Notes under the pieces: model-generated
What the model was told of the DNA's origin: nothing
Seen by the model: only the letters and a program-made list of their open reading frames with translations
Databases searched by the model: none
Part shown: piece after piece, positions 51,361 to 64,000 of the stretch
How the letters are laid out: every line of letters starts with the position of its first letter
Position numbering within the stretch: the first letter of the stretch is position 1
NCBI GenBank assembly: GCA_013239625.1
Contig: MU054323.1
Location: 19,300,819-19,364,818 of the forward strand
Length of the DNA: 64,000 nt
Direction: 5' to 3'
Source: Lama guanicoe
Taxonomy: Eukaryota
Program-made: the position numbers and the translations under genes

Positions 51361-53318
51361 GCTATATTTTATTTTCATAGATTTTTAATTAAAAGTAGTT
51401 CCACAGAATTTTAAGTTTCATGTAACTTTCCTCAAATCAGCAAATAAAGATCCATAAACCAATATTAAAGATCTAAGGAATCCTGTTACTGACAGCCAAT
51501 GCTTTCTCAATTTTTTTTATTTTAAATGGTGAACTGCTAACCATGTGACATGAGTAATCAACAATAGAACATAAGCCTGAGTCATGAAAGCTTAATCTAT
51601 TAATGATCGAAATTGTAATTTGCCAAGAAACAAGGCTGAATAGTGGGTAAACACTGAATTATGACTTGCAGGCTTTGCCATTGAAAGAAACAGAAAATCA
51701 ATTCACTTAGGTGAAAAATAAAGGTAGAAAATCAGGTCTGGGAGGGGAAAATACAGTGAGTTTACTTTAAGGCAAGTGTAATTGGAAACCAATGGAGACC
51801 CAAATAGTTTTCGAGTAGAAAATTAGAGAAGCAGCATTGGAGCCACTTGAGGGGGCAGGACTGGAGTCATAAAGTGGGAGTCATCAGTCCACAGGTAGAA
51901 GTTACAACTTCGAGAGTAAAGTTATTGTCCATTCACTCATTTATGATGAAGTATCCAAGTAAGTTCTAATTGTGCCTAGCCCACTTTGAGTTACAATTTT
52001 CCAGGTGTAAAAATAAATTAATCAAAGGCACTTCAAAAGTGAACGCATAAATAAAACTTTAAAAAGAGCCAAAGGAATAATCTTTAAAATGGATAAAAAT
52101 ACATTTGAAAAATTTGGAGTATTTCCAGTTTGGGTGAGACTTTGTTTTGTGTGCATAAATGTCATGTTGTGGCAGCTGTCACTCTACAGTACACAGGATG
52201 GGGGGTGTTGTGGCAAAGGGAGTGTAAGTTTCACTGTTTACTCTCACTGTGATAAATGTCTACAGCCTATAACCCACCCAAGATTTCTGGGTAAAGAAAG
52301 CAAGAAAAAGTGGTCTCAATAGCAAATACGGGCCACATGCACTTAAAACGTTCTTAAATTAGATAAGCTACTACCGTAGACTTGCTTATTCTAGGTTTTT
52401 TAATATACAGCAAAATTTGTAGACTGATTCTGCTTCTTATTCTAAGTAGCCTCTTATGAATGCATGTTTTACTTGCTTAAATATAGGCACTTTTACATAA
52501 CAGTCCACAGACTGGCACAACTAACTTGAGTATGTTAATTTCCCTAATATTTCCTGAATTCCTCTTTTGTCCAGTGGATTGTTCCAGGTTTGGGAACTAG
52601 AGCTAATTTCATGGTAGCTGAGGTCCTTGCCTCCTATTTGATGGAATCAGCTTTGTTTGTGAGTAAACTGAGTTTTAATATTTTGTATCTGTGGAGCATT
52701 TACCTCCAACTTCAGAGTTGTTTAAAAGTACAATTTTTTAAAAATTTCATATGTATTGATAATGATTAAGTAGAACTATCAACAAACTTTAAAATATTTA
52801 ACTCTTTAAGAGCTCCAGGTGAAAAAAAAAAGATATCCATCAATTTCATTTGGGGAAAGAGAGGAAATATATAATACTCTGAGGATGGGTACAGTTTAAT
52901 CAAATAACCTTTTCAGTCTTGACAAATACTCCCATTCTGGGAAACAACGTTACAACACATTTTCTTAAGTTGTACCCCTTCAACAGAGCCTTGAAGAGGA
53001 TGTCACGGAGAATTACACTGACATTTTCTTCTCCCCAGCTGTCTATTCAAGCTGACCTGAAGAACCTTGGGAGAATTTACACATGAAAACAAGTTTGATC
53101 TATTAATGAAAACAAAATGTTTCAATTTTTTTTTTGCTTTTTTTTATTGTTCTACATTTTCCTCCCTGACAAAGACATGAAATTAAAATTCATATACAAT
53201 CAATAGTATCTTTTTTGGTTCCACAATCAAAGGAGTGAATGTTAAGACTCCTTGGTAACTTAACGTATCTTGGTTACCCAACTGATTTACCACAAGATGC
53301 AGAAATATTGTCCTAGAT

Positions 53319-53426
53319 GATTTCTTAATCATGGCTCTGTTTACACGTTGAACCAAATAGTTTTGGGGGGATGTGTGTGTGTGTCTGGTTATGTGTGTGT
53401 CTGGGTATAATGTGTGTGTCTGGTAT

Positions 53427-53457
<31 letters not shown>

Positions 53458-53657
53458 CACCTGTGCCTGTGCTGGGGATGGGGTGGGGGGAGGAGGAGGG
53501 ATGGCTTGTGCAGTGTAGCTTCTTTGGCAGCATCCCTGGCTTCTACTCACCAGATGCCAGTAGCAACCCCCTGTTATGACCACCGAAAAGTTCTCCAGAC
53601 ATTGCCACCTGCCCTCCAGGGAAGGGGGCCAAAATCGCCCCTGATTGACAGCTGTCA
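53319..53657 (-). mobile_element. MER20 with perfect 8-bp TSD and an internal (TG)n expansion at 53371-53456
   Basis: gcagcatccctggcttctactcaccagatgccagtagca...tctccagacattgcca; TSD tcctagat at 53311-53318 and 53658-53665. Confidence 0.92.
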
Positions 53658-54794
53658 TCCTAGATTAGAGGTGTCTACTTTGGTGATAATGGTATAGTCT
53701 ACAAAACCCTCCAGTGGCTGAAGAATTAAGATTTCAGGGGCAAACAGCAAGTTTGGCCCCAATTTTAAAGTAGTGTGAGCAGGAAAACTCATTTACAATT
53801 CTACTTATTTAAACTTATGTTGCATGTTTCTTACAGATGATAACATTACAGAAGCAACTTGAAAACCTACTTAATTATAATTTAGGGGAACTAACGTTCC
53901 GTAAGGTATTAGGCTGTGAAGACGGCACACCAACACAATGCTGAAGGCAGGCATTTTTTTATCCTCCAAGTAAAGAAAGAAACACTAGAGTGGAGATCCA
54001 AGTATGAACAGCATGACTGGAGAATTAACATTACATGTATTCATTTGCTAACTAGTTGATTAAATTTGAATGTGCTTTACTGTGACTAGGAAGTTATATG
54101 AATATTAATAAAAACCATTTCTGTTCCTTCTTGCTTAAGAGCTTAGCTCTTGTAAAACGTAGAAAACACAATGTGTCACTATAGAAACCTGCCATTTCCA
54201 TTATTGGAATTTTTCTCCTAAAGAGCAAAACTGATTAAACTTTTATTCTCTATAAAGTTTCTGAAAGGCTAGCAAAGAAACCAGATCTTGTCCACATAAA
54301 ATTTGTTTGGCCAGAAAAGAACAGATTTAAAGTAATAGGAAATTGGGGAAAGAGGGCGAGGTCGGCACATCAGGTTGGAAATCTGAAATATCTGTGTAAA
54401 TATGTAAATACACTTTGCTGATCTAAGGAGTCTCAGGGCACTGTCCCAACGCTGAGATTACCAGCTCCCACTACAGCCAAAGGTGGCTAAAGTCGAATGT
54501 TAAGGACTGTAGCACAGCAGTCACCAAGGAAAATTAGCCAAACCCAGGCTCAGAATCTAAACAAAAGCTTCACAAAGTTCAGGAGTCTGTTTTAATTGGG
54601 GTCGCAATGTGAACTGAAGCTGGAAAATGTGATCCATTATATACAGGGCATCTCTCTGCACCATCCCCATCAACACCGCCATGGTCTTTCCTCTGTGTAT
54701 ACATTGACCACAGCAATGTTAACAATACTAAATAATAATAATAATGATGTAACATTATTATTATAGAAGTAGAAAGAATTCATGCTCTAAATTA

Positions 54795-54797
54795 GTG

Positions 54798-54829
<32 letters not shown>
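54795..54829. repeat. Imperfect (GT)n microsatellite
   Basis: Direct reading. Confidence 0.95.
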
Positions 54830-57800
54830 CGCATGCATATCTTAATCCACCGGAATAAAAAACGACGCTGCAAACCAACTGCAAAACTGTTTTCAAACTG
54901 GCTAAATTCTGTAATGCTCAAAAGGAGCAAGACAACATTTTGATGAAGTAAATTGGTGAGATTCCAGGCCTGGGGGCTCTGTGTGAGCACTCCATGTACT
55001 GAAAGATTATTTAATATTCCCCCAAAGTCAAGTGAGACTGCATTTATTTGACACCAAGACTGTGAGGCATTTGCGTAGACTTAGTAGCAGGACATGGGGG
55101 AAAGGCAGAAATTTAAAACTGCCACTTTGCTTGTAAATTTTCTGACACACTGGACAAATAGCGTATGAACTGCTTGCCCCACAATGTTGTGGACATGACC
55201 TCATTCTAAGGCCAATTCTCTTCTTTTATTTTATCGCATTACGCATTTTGCCAAGAAATTAATTCTCCCATTATCTGGTTCCCTGTGCATTAAACAACGT
55301 GACACTGGTTTTAGATATAGAATGATCCATGCCCTTTAATTCCCCTTAAAAATGACTACATTTGGTTATGATCCCTCTTGTCCATAGGATTATGAAAACC
55401 CTAAAACATTTTAAATAAAAGGATACGATCAGTGACTTGTTATCATTAAAATATCCAAAATATTTTCATTAAAGTAAGCACGCTGTTTGGGGTATTCTCT
55501 CCTTTGGACTCTTATTACTTGGCCAGAGCTTGTAGAAGGAGTTCTGAATAGTTTACAAATTTTGATGATGAAACAGAGATCCCCTGCAAATTCACTGGGG
55601 AAGCACTTTATGAAGAACACTGTTAAGTGCTGTGCTGTACTTCATAACTTAAGTACCGAGGAGTAAAACAACTTCCCTGGAACATCAAGCTTTCCCCCAC
55701 TCAGGTCAGTGTGATCCCCCAACTTCCCACTGCAAATCAAAGCCACTCAAGGATGTTGCAATAGCCCATGAGAAATGTATTTTTGGTGTCATCTAAAAGG
55801 GAATGAGAAAGGATTTGTCCTTGATTATTGCATCAGTGGCTCCTTGGCAGGACACAGTGCAATTTATACTTTCTCCAGTGGCTTTAGAGAGATCTCAAAT
55901 CACTCAGTTCTCTGCTTTTTAGCAGTTCTACTGCAAAGTTTGTCAAGGTAGCAAAATGAAATGAACGGTTATCTGTGGAAATCAACACTCCGTGCTCTTT
56001 CCGTCCCTAACATCTCAGAGAGTTGAAGGATCATCTATAAGTGCTTTGTCAGCTAAGGAAACACAAAAGAATGTTCTTATTAAAATTTCATTTAGATGTT
56101 CTCCAATGTTTCCAGAACGACATCCTTTAAATCTTATTTCAACAAAACTCTTTTTTTTTAACTTTATAGCTTTCAATATAATCTGGACATATGTTCACCC
56201 AATATTGGGATCATGAAATCTTTTGGGAGGGAGGAAGGGGGACAAAATGCCCAACAACATTTACATGATATCCACGTTGCATGGACTCTCAGATGGAACT
56301 TATCTGACACCAGAACAAGGGACTCCGAAATAGAAGCTGAATGGAAAGAGAAGACTTTTTTTTTCAAGATCATATTTAGAGCAGGACTTCAGGAAAACAG
56401 GTCTCTACTCCTTCTCCCTGGCCACCCCACTTCCCCAGGCATGCCAGGCAGGCGGCACACAGGGTCAGTAATGCGACAGGTGAGCCTTTGTATTCGCCCT
56501 TCAGTACTGCGCAGAGGGACAGTAATTAAGGAAAGACTGGTTTACATTTCTGAAGCAATCCTAGGGAGGGGAATTTTCAAACCCTGGAAATACATACTTA
56601 AATATTCTGAACTTAATCACACTGGGATTAATGCTGGCAGCAGATAAAATCAATTCCCTGCCACTTTCCTCGGAGGGAATTAAAACATTGGCATCAGGAC
56701 CAGCTAATGTATCTCTGGTCCTGAGTCACTGATTTATTTGAAGTCTGGAATATTTACATTGGGTGTATGAACAATATAAATGAAAAAGCAGTCGCGCATA
56801 TGGGCCAACAAACGTCAATAATTTAATTATTTCCCTCCATGGCAGAGAGAGAGAAATAACTTACAGGGCCAGTGGGAACATTAAAATAAGCTTTTCTCTC
56901 TTGGCTAATAAATCTGATGAAAATACCTCACCTTTGCCAGGGCAATATTCCTAGAAAAGCTTTCCTAAGCCCAAGTAATTTTAACACTCCTTCAAATTTC
57001 ATGGTCTAATCATGTGCAAAGACTCCTCTATAATTCCGTAATTCTCCAGTGAGGGGCAGGGGAAAACACTTTTCCTTGGTCCGTAAAGAATGGAGGTGTA
57101 ACCCAACGTAGGGGTCAGTCATGGAGGGCAACCTCCCAGTCCTTCCACTTAGCTATGTGGACAGCACTAGCCAAAGTTTGTGATACTATCTCTGTCCTTG
57201 GGAACAGCTAAATGACTTTCCAAAGGCCGCAAATACCAGTTGGGGAAATCTGTATTCAGAAGAGTAAAAACATAAATAAAGAAGTAAATAAAATGGAAAT
57301 CAATTTGAGAGGCATAATAACATCTGCTAGGTTTGGAAAAAATGATTTTCTTCACGTCATTTTGTATAATTCACATCCAAACTTAGAGTAATGTTCCAAT
57401 TTATTGGGCTATGTAGTGGTTCCAGTTATATTTTATTTTTAAACAATAACTAGTTTTACATATAAGTTTACTAATTTGTACAGAACTTTCTATTTTAATA
57501 AAAATTAACTTTACTTGGCGCTTCTTTATGAGGAAAAATTTATGACTGTCTAATTGTAAAAAAGAAAATAGCTATTAGCTAGCACATGGTTAAAATATGA
57601 ATGAGGAACTCATGTGAGTTTGGAGTTGAACACTGGAAATCAAGTCTTAAGTTTGCCGCCCCAAAATACCCAAGACACTTACACCATCACCAAAAATATA
57701 TACCATATACATGTATTTGGTGTAAATGGTTAGGGAACAGTCTACTCACATGGTTTCTGCCCTCCTGAACTGTGACCAGAAGTATTACATGCAGACAATG

Positions 57801-57844
57801 GAATAGATTTCACCTTTCAAGCTGTTCTAGGACCATGAAAAAAG

Positions 57845-58010
57845 GATATGGGGTGGAAACCACGTTGCTGGTTTCCTGTCCCAGCTCACTCATCTAAGTG
57901 ACCTTGGACAAGAGCTGGTCTCTGCGCCCTTTAGTTTCCTCATCTTTAACGTGTGAGTGGTAATATATGACTGTTGTTGGGAGAATCAAGTACACAAGCT
58001 ATAATTAAGC
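57845..58010 (+). mobile_element. MIR fragment
   Basis: gtcccagctcact...gtgaccttggacaag...agtttcctcatcttt. Confidence 0.75.
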
Positions 58011-58224
58011 TTCAATCTATCAAAACCAGTATATCAGATCCATTATTCAAGAAGATACGGAGACAAGAAATAAGCACTGATGGAAAACATTAACAGACTA
58101 ACATAATAACAGTTCACAATGTAAGAAGTCATGCATAATAGAAAACCAATTACTGCTCCCTCCCTTCTTATTTTTGCCTAATCCACTGACTGCATTAATA
58201 CCAATGTCAGTGCTTTCAAAAATA

Positions 58225-59070
58225 TAAAGTACTCTCAAAACTCAACAGTTAGGAAACAATCAACCCAATTTAAAATGGGCAAAAACCTTGAACAGACACT
58301 TCACCAAAAAAGATATACAAATGGATGGCAAGTAAATACAAGAAAATATGTTCAACATCATTAACCATTAGAGAAATGCAAATTAAAATCAAAATGAGAT
58401 ATCACTACACATACAAGAATGGCTCATTTTTTTTATTGAAATACTAAGTTGGGAGAATGCAAAGCAACCAGAACTCTTATATACTGCTGCTAAAAACGTG
58501 ACATATGAAAGCTATTCTGAAAAACAGGCAGTTTCATATAATTTTTTATCAAGTTCTTTATATATTTTAAGCAATCTCATTACCTGACTTACCTTAGAGA
58601 AATGAAAACTTATATTCACACAAAAATCTGCACATGAGAATGTTTATGGTAACTCTATTCATAATTACCAAAACTGAAAACATCCCAAATGTCCTTCAGG
58701 AGGTAACAGATTAATAAACAGTGGTACATCACACAGTGGAATGACTACTCAGCAGTAACAAGAAACAACCTACACACAACAAAGGCAATCTGCTGAGTGA
58801 AAGAAGCTAGTCCCTATGAGTTATGTGCTCTATGATTCCATTTATATGACATTCTCAAAAAGGAAAAAAAACTACAGTTATTGGAAACAAGTCAGCAGTT
58901 GCCAAGGGTAACACTGTGACTCTAAAAGGGTAGCCCGAGGGAGTTTTCAGGGTGATGCAACTGTTCTGTAGCCTGATTGTGGTGATCGTTAATCTACACA
59001 TGTACTAAGATTAACAGAACTGTACATAAGAAAAATCCAATTATACTGTAGGAAATTTTTAAAAATAAAA
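58225..59070 (+). mobile_element. L1MC/MD-type ORF2 end and 3'UTR
   Basis: aaaatgggcaaaaaccttgaacagacacttcaccaaa...agggtgatgcaactgttctgtagcctgattgtggtg...aaaaataaaa. Confidence 0.9.
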
Positions 59071-60798
59071 TGTTAAACGTATATTGTGCAGCATTCTATT
59101 ATTCAAGAAATTTTAAAGATTCTTCATTTAATACAAAATAAAATTCAAACTTCAAGGCTACCTTTCGTCTTTCATTTTCTATTGCCCCTCTTGTGTTCCC
59201 TTAGCCTATAATCAGCAGACAGTTAGTATCTGTATGATTTAAGTCTCAGATTTTACATTTACATAATATGTCTAACATGAAAATTCAAATAGATGTCTAT
59301 ACAATTCTAACTGTTCAAACATTTGCAAACATCTGGATGGGTAATTTTTTTCACTTTTTTCCAGATATGTAGCACTTTACCAACTATGAAGTCTTTGTAT
59401 ATTTCCAATTCCTAAAGGAGTAAGAGTCATGTCAAAGTGAGTTATTGCATTTATGCCTCTTAATGTCAACAAAGTTGGTCAGTTCAGTTTTCATCAATCA
59501 CTTATCATTATATTTGAATGTCCAGCTCCAGGAAAGTCACACTATTACTAACTTATATTGACAACATTACCTCTCAATTTTTGTTTCTCTCCTTCCTTCC
59601 TTCTTCCCTCTGCCTTCCTCTCTCTCTCCCCCTTCCTTTGTGTCCCTCCCTCTCCTTGTCTGTATCTCACACTTTAAACTTGAACTACTGAGATCTCACT
59701 TAGGCTAACATTCAGAGGGCTGCCTAACGTGGTCCTCCTCTTCTGTGTGAACTGTCATCCTCACCCACAGGTTTAAGTTCGAGCAGATAGCCATCTTTAT
59801 ATCCTGTGACTGATTTTTCAAGGTTCCCTTAAAGAATTTATAGCTATGCAGTGTATAGACTGGAACCATGAGTGACTACCCAAGAACCTTGATCAGAAAA
59901 ACTGATAACTGAACAGAAATTGAGTACTCTAATAAATTCAATATAACACAATTATAATAATCCTGCCAAGAGCATACCTATATTTGACAATAATACTGAT
60001 TGGTCCAGTAATCAATGAGCAGTTAAGGGGAAATCTTGAAGTACAGTAACAGGGTCCAGCAGACACCTATGGTATGGGGAAGCAGGGAGTTCTCCCTGTT
60101 GAAATCACACTCATCCACTGTTCTTGAGGGGTTATTTGAGGGAACTGGGCAGAGAGCCTGGCTCCAAAATATCCATCCTATCAACGTTCCAAGGCCTAGA
60201 ATTACTTGTCACTTTCAGTCTAGAGAAAATAATTACATAAAAAAGGCATGGGCTCTGACTGCAATGCTTAAGTTAGGAAATTAATACATTCATAATTTTG
60301 AAATAATTCATGAATAAATAAATATAAGATTCTATAGGAAAAGATCCATAAGCAGTAGGAAATCAGGGAGAAGAGATAAGTCAGAGTATTCAAAGTCTTT
60401 TTGAGGAACCGAGGCTCAGACTGAGCTCTGATAACTGCCATACAGAGAAGCAAAGGGAGTTCCTTCAAAGTTGGAAAGACAGATGCCGACAGGTCCGAGA
60501 GCATAACTGTGAAGTGAAGCACATAACCCAGAAGAAGAGCCAGGACATTATTTTAAATAAATGACTAAATTATCCTTGTTTCCTTTACCCAAAGGACCAG
60601 AATATGATGTTAAATACAGAAGTGCATTACCAATGAAGCTTAGACAGATGTCTCACATGAGTTTTAAAACTAAGATTGAATGGCTGTTTTCTGAAATACA
60701 GTCTGAATGCCATCAAATGGACTGAAAAACATAGTTTTTTCTCAAGCCCTATGATTCCAGAAGAATGTGCTATTTAATGTATACAGTATTGTATAAAA

Positions 60799-60816
60799 CA
60801 CACACACACACACACA
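60799..60816. repeat. Short (AC)n microsatellite
   Basis: Direct reading. Confidence 0.9.
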
Positions 60817-61554
60817 GAAAAAATGACAAGGAAAACAGAACACTTATTTTTTAAAAAAAGAAGAAAAAAAACTATGTTGCCTGCCTGCTCTAAGCAATAG
60901 TAATTTTAATGATATATTCATGATATCTGGGACAAGGAAAATATTTATAGCAGACCTAACTGAGAAAATTCCCAGGAGACTCAATCTGGTACTTTTTTTT
61001 TTTTTTCAAAAAGGGCAGCATTTATTAGAATTTTCAAGGAGAAAGGTCAGGTGTGTATATTAGGTTAGAAAGGGGGAAAATCTGTTTTCCTTCTCATCTT
61101 GCCCCTTTCTTGAATAGCAACAGAGAAAAGGGATTGAAAATATTTCTTAAAATAATTTTAAGTAAAACTCTATATTGTAATGATGGCCTACACTCAAAGC
61201 AGATACTGGGTTAAAGACTGGTACTCCTAATGAACCTACTGACCTTTAAAGAAAAAGTTTCCACTAATCTAACTTTTGCCATCTAGCAACCTACTTAGAC
61301 TTGCCAAAGAACTCAGAAGCACAGTCACACAGCATCTTGCCTAGCCAGAAAGATAATTAATATATTTGCTAGACAAGGAAAATAAGGAGAATAAATTTAG
61401 GTTTCTAAAAGAAGTTCAAAATTCCCTAAGAAGCTTTATTTAACCATTATGTTATAGAATAACTGAGTATTAGATGAGTACACATGAAACACTAATATTT
61501 GTAGTTATACCCCTTGCAAAGTCAATACAGAAGATACAAAGAGAAGTAGCAGTA

Positions 61555-62078
61555 TGTAACAGTTATTTATTGCTGTGTAACAAATAACCCCACCAACATT
61601 TAGTGACTTAAAACAACATTTATTCTCTTACAGGATAATAAATGAGTCAGAAATCCAGGTGCAACGTAAGTAGGTCCTTTGTTTCAGAGTTTCTCACAGG
61701 CCATAATCAAGGTTTTGCCTGGGTCTTGACTGAAAAAGGATTCATTTCCAAGCTCACTTACATGGTTGGCAGGATTTACTTTCTCACAGCTGTTGGCCAG
61801 AGGCTACCCTCAGTCCCTTGCCATGTGGACCTTTCTTTAAAGCAGCTCACACATGGCAGCTTGTTCATTAAGGCAAGCAAGTGAGAAGATCCAGAGAAAG
61901 AGTACAAACAAGATGGAAGTTCCAGCCTTTTGTAAACCAATTCCCATCACTTTTGTCATATTCTATTCATCAAAAGTGAATTACTGGGTCCAGTCCATAC
62001 ACAAAGAGAGAGAATTACACAAAGGCATGAATAACAGGAGGCAGAGATCATTGGGAGCTATTTTGGAAACTGTTTACA
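61555..62078 (-). mobile_element. MLT1F-like (ERVL-MaLR) solo LTR
   Basis: tattgctgtgtaacaaataacccca...ttagtgacttaaaacaaca...attacacaaaggcatgaataacaggaggcagagatcattggg. Confidence 0.9.
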
Positions 62079-62079
62079 A

Positions 62080-63252
62080 TGTAGAATTTGGAAAGAAACT
62101 TGGTCAAAACCTGAGGACTAAGAGGACAATTTATGCACTAAATACACAGTCCACAGACAAAAGAGAACCACGAAAGGTTGGAATCAAAAAACTTCCCTGC
62201 AGATTACAAGGAGACCACAGACATGGTTTTCCTACCACGGGCATCCACCCCTACCCATCTCCCCATCCTCTAAGAAAGGAGGATGAGGAGGGATGGGAAC
62301 AGGAGACAGACTACTCTTCCCACCTCCCATCCCCATCTGCAGACAACTCCACAAGCCAAGTAAGAGGGAAGACTCCCAGGGAGTCGCTGTAGAGACTGGG
62401 GGAGCCTGCAAGAAACAGGGGACACGATTCAGCAATGATACTGTGATCAAGAAAGAGGGGTTGCTGATCTATCCCTGTGCCTACAGAGGAGAAAAGGGAG
62501 CTGAAGAGAGATGGCAGGCAGAGGGTGGGGGATGCCCCACGAGTGAGCAATCTTCACTTCTACTATTTGGGGTGCTCAAGGTGGGTACGTTTCCCACAGA
62601 ACAAACGGACACCATACTGGTAGCTGGACTATAGCCATTTTGCTAGTATAACCCTAAAATGTGTCAGCGCTGTATGAAGACACACCACACACACATACAC
62701 ATGTGTATGCATATACACAAATGCACACAGGTGCAAGAGGTTGTGAGGTGAATACCAGAGGCAGCAATTTAAAACAAAAAGCTGGAGCCATAGTTGCCAA
62801 GGTAGGAAGCAGTGCGGCAAGAAGGCCCCACAGTCCTCCAAGCTCCCGACCCACCTCACACATGCACACACTAGACAGTCAACATCTGGACACCTGCCAT
62901 GCAGAGGGTACAGGTGACTCATACTTGTTAGCCAGAGAAGCAGCAGTAACTCAAAGTAACTAGCATAGCGATCTCCTGTGGAAAGAAACTTTCTCCTTCC
63001 TTCCCATCTTAACACTCTGGGGTCTGGTATGTGGAGAAGGGGAGAGGTAGAACTTTGAATGAGATTAAACTGGATAAAACCTTTAAATACTTAATTACAC
63101 AATCTGACCAAGTTCTGTTAAGGAATAGGAAAGGGAAGATCAGAAGACCCTAGCTGAAGATGATAGAAAAAAAAAAGTAAGAATAAAAATAAAAATGGTT
63201 TCATGTTTGTAATGGCAACGAACTGATACTATTCAATGTACCATTGGTTGCA
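62080..63252 (+). mobile_element. Possible ancient Gypsy-type LTR (MamGypLTR-like)
   Basis: TG...CA termini (tgtag / ttgca), AATAAA about 65 nt before the end, purine-rich body; family assignment from memory only. Confidence 0.35.
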
Positions 63253-64000
63253 GGTTTTTATTTGAACATTTTTCACCTTGTTATATTTTTCTTCAAGATT
63301 ACTCTACAATTTTTCTCTTCATGTCTTAACAATTGGAATTAGGAATCAGGTGGATCAGGTGGAGGGAATAGTCAATTTAGTCTCTTTTTAAAGGACAACA
63401 ATCTTTGTGCTTCCTATTTACATAATCCTATGCCTAAAGACAATTTTTTTTATTTCAAAAATATTTAAAACAATGCAAAACATAATTACTCATCAACACC
63501 TACTATGTGCCTAGTACTATGCTAGGAGCCAGAAGTATACAAAAAATAAAAGTAAACACACAGAACAGAGAACAAAATGAAACAAAAAATAATGTAATTC
63601 AATGCTAAGACTAAGAAAAGAGTTTATTGGGAAGTCATGCATTTAGGCACACCTCACAGAGGAAATTCAGGATTGTTAAATAGTTAATATTATCTTTAAG
63701 TTTATTAAGTACATATACCTTGACCAATTATTTGAAGAACTAACCTTGGTATATTATATATTTCTGTTGTTTCTATTTCCCCTGACCCCAACACCCCTAT
63801 AAATTATTTAAAGTGTGACAGAATGGAGACTTAGCTTACACAACTGGGTGAGAGTTTTATAAGATCATTTCTACTGCAGTAAATCAGTTGGAACACCAAG
63901 CCGTGGCATTAAATTACTTTATTTACTAGATAATCCCAACCAAGTAAGGCATTTTATTATGTAGCATATTTCACATCTATAAGGCTCTAGGTTTATATGC

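Noticed and set aside
54735..54765. 12-bp inverted repeat ataataataatg/cattattattat
   Set aside because: Made of low-complexity (AAT)n, so expected by chance.
56213..56647. 144-aa ORF in unique DNA
   Set aside because: No recognisable domain or supporting gene structure; ORFs of this length arise by chance in 64 kb.
56652..56730. H/ACA snoRNA (hairpin-ANANNA-hairpin)
   Set aside because: Hairpins are about 30 nt, far shorter than H/ACA hairpins, and there is no terminal ACA box.
61853..62392. 179-aa ORF
   Set aside because: Runs antisense through an MLT1F LTR into a probable second LTR; no recognisable protein.
1..64000. CRISPR arrays, operons, prokaryotic defence or other multi-gene systems
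   Set aside because: The sequence is mammalian non-coding DNA with no regularly spaced repeat-spacer array and no dense coding ORFs.

Overview
This is AT-rich mammalian genomic DNA, not prokaryotic. It is most likely camelid (alpaca or camel), judged from two tRNA-Ala-derived SINEs and cetartiodactyl-type L1 3' ends, with no Alu, B1, Bov-A/BovB or PRE-1 seen. A large share of the window is old transposable-element debris: L1M/HAL1, L2, MIR, MLT/ERV LTRs, and Tigger/Charlie/Mariner MITEs. There are also microsatellites and one 64-nt assembly gap. No long ORF encodes a recognisable host protein; most tracked ORFs are repeat-derived or chance. The unexplained signal lies in unique sequence. A CpG-retaining candidate bidirectional promoter near 17.0-17.1 kb has a perfect ETS palindrome. 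It is flanked by candidate minus-strand exons and by a plus-strand chain of small exons, including two paralogous micro-exons at 19.1-19.3 kb. Further candidate minus-strand exons lie near 10, 31.3 and 32.6 kb. There is also an internally deleted L1 that keeps both ends, and a repeat-poor, motif-dense block at 54-57 kb. I could not identify the host gene and see no convincing novel multi-gene system. Repeat family names come from recalled consensus sequences, boundaries without a stated TSD are approximate, and all exon calls are unverified inferences from splice signals.
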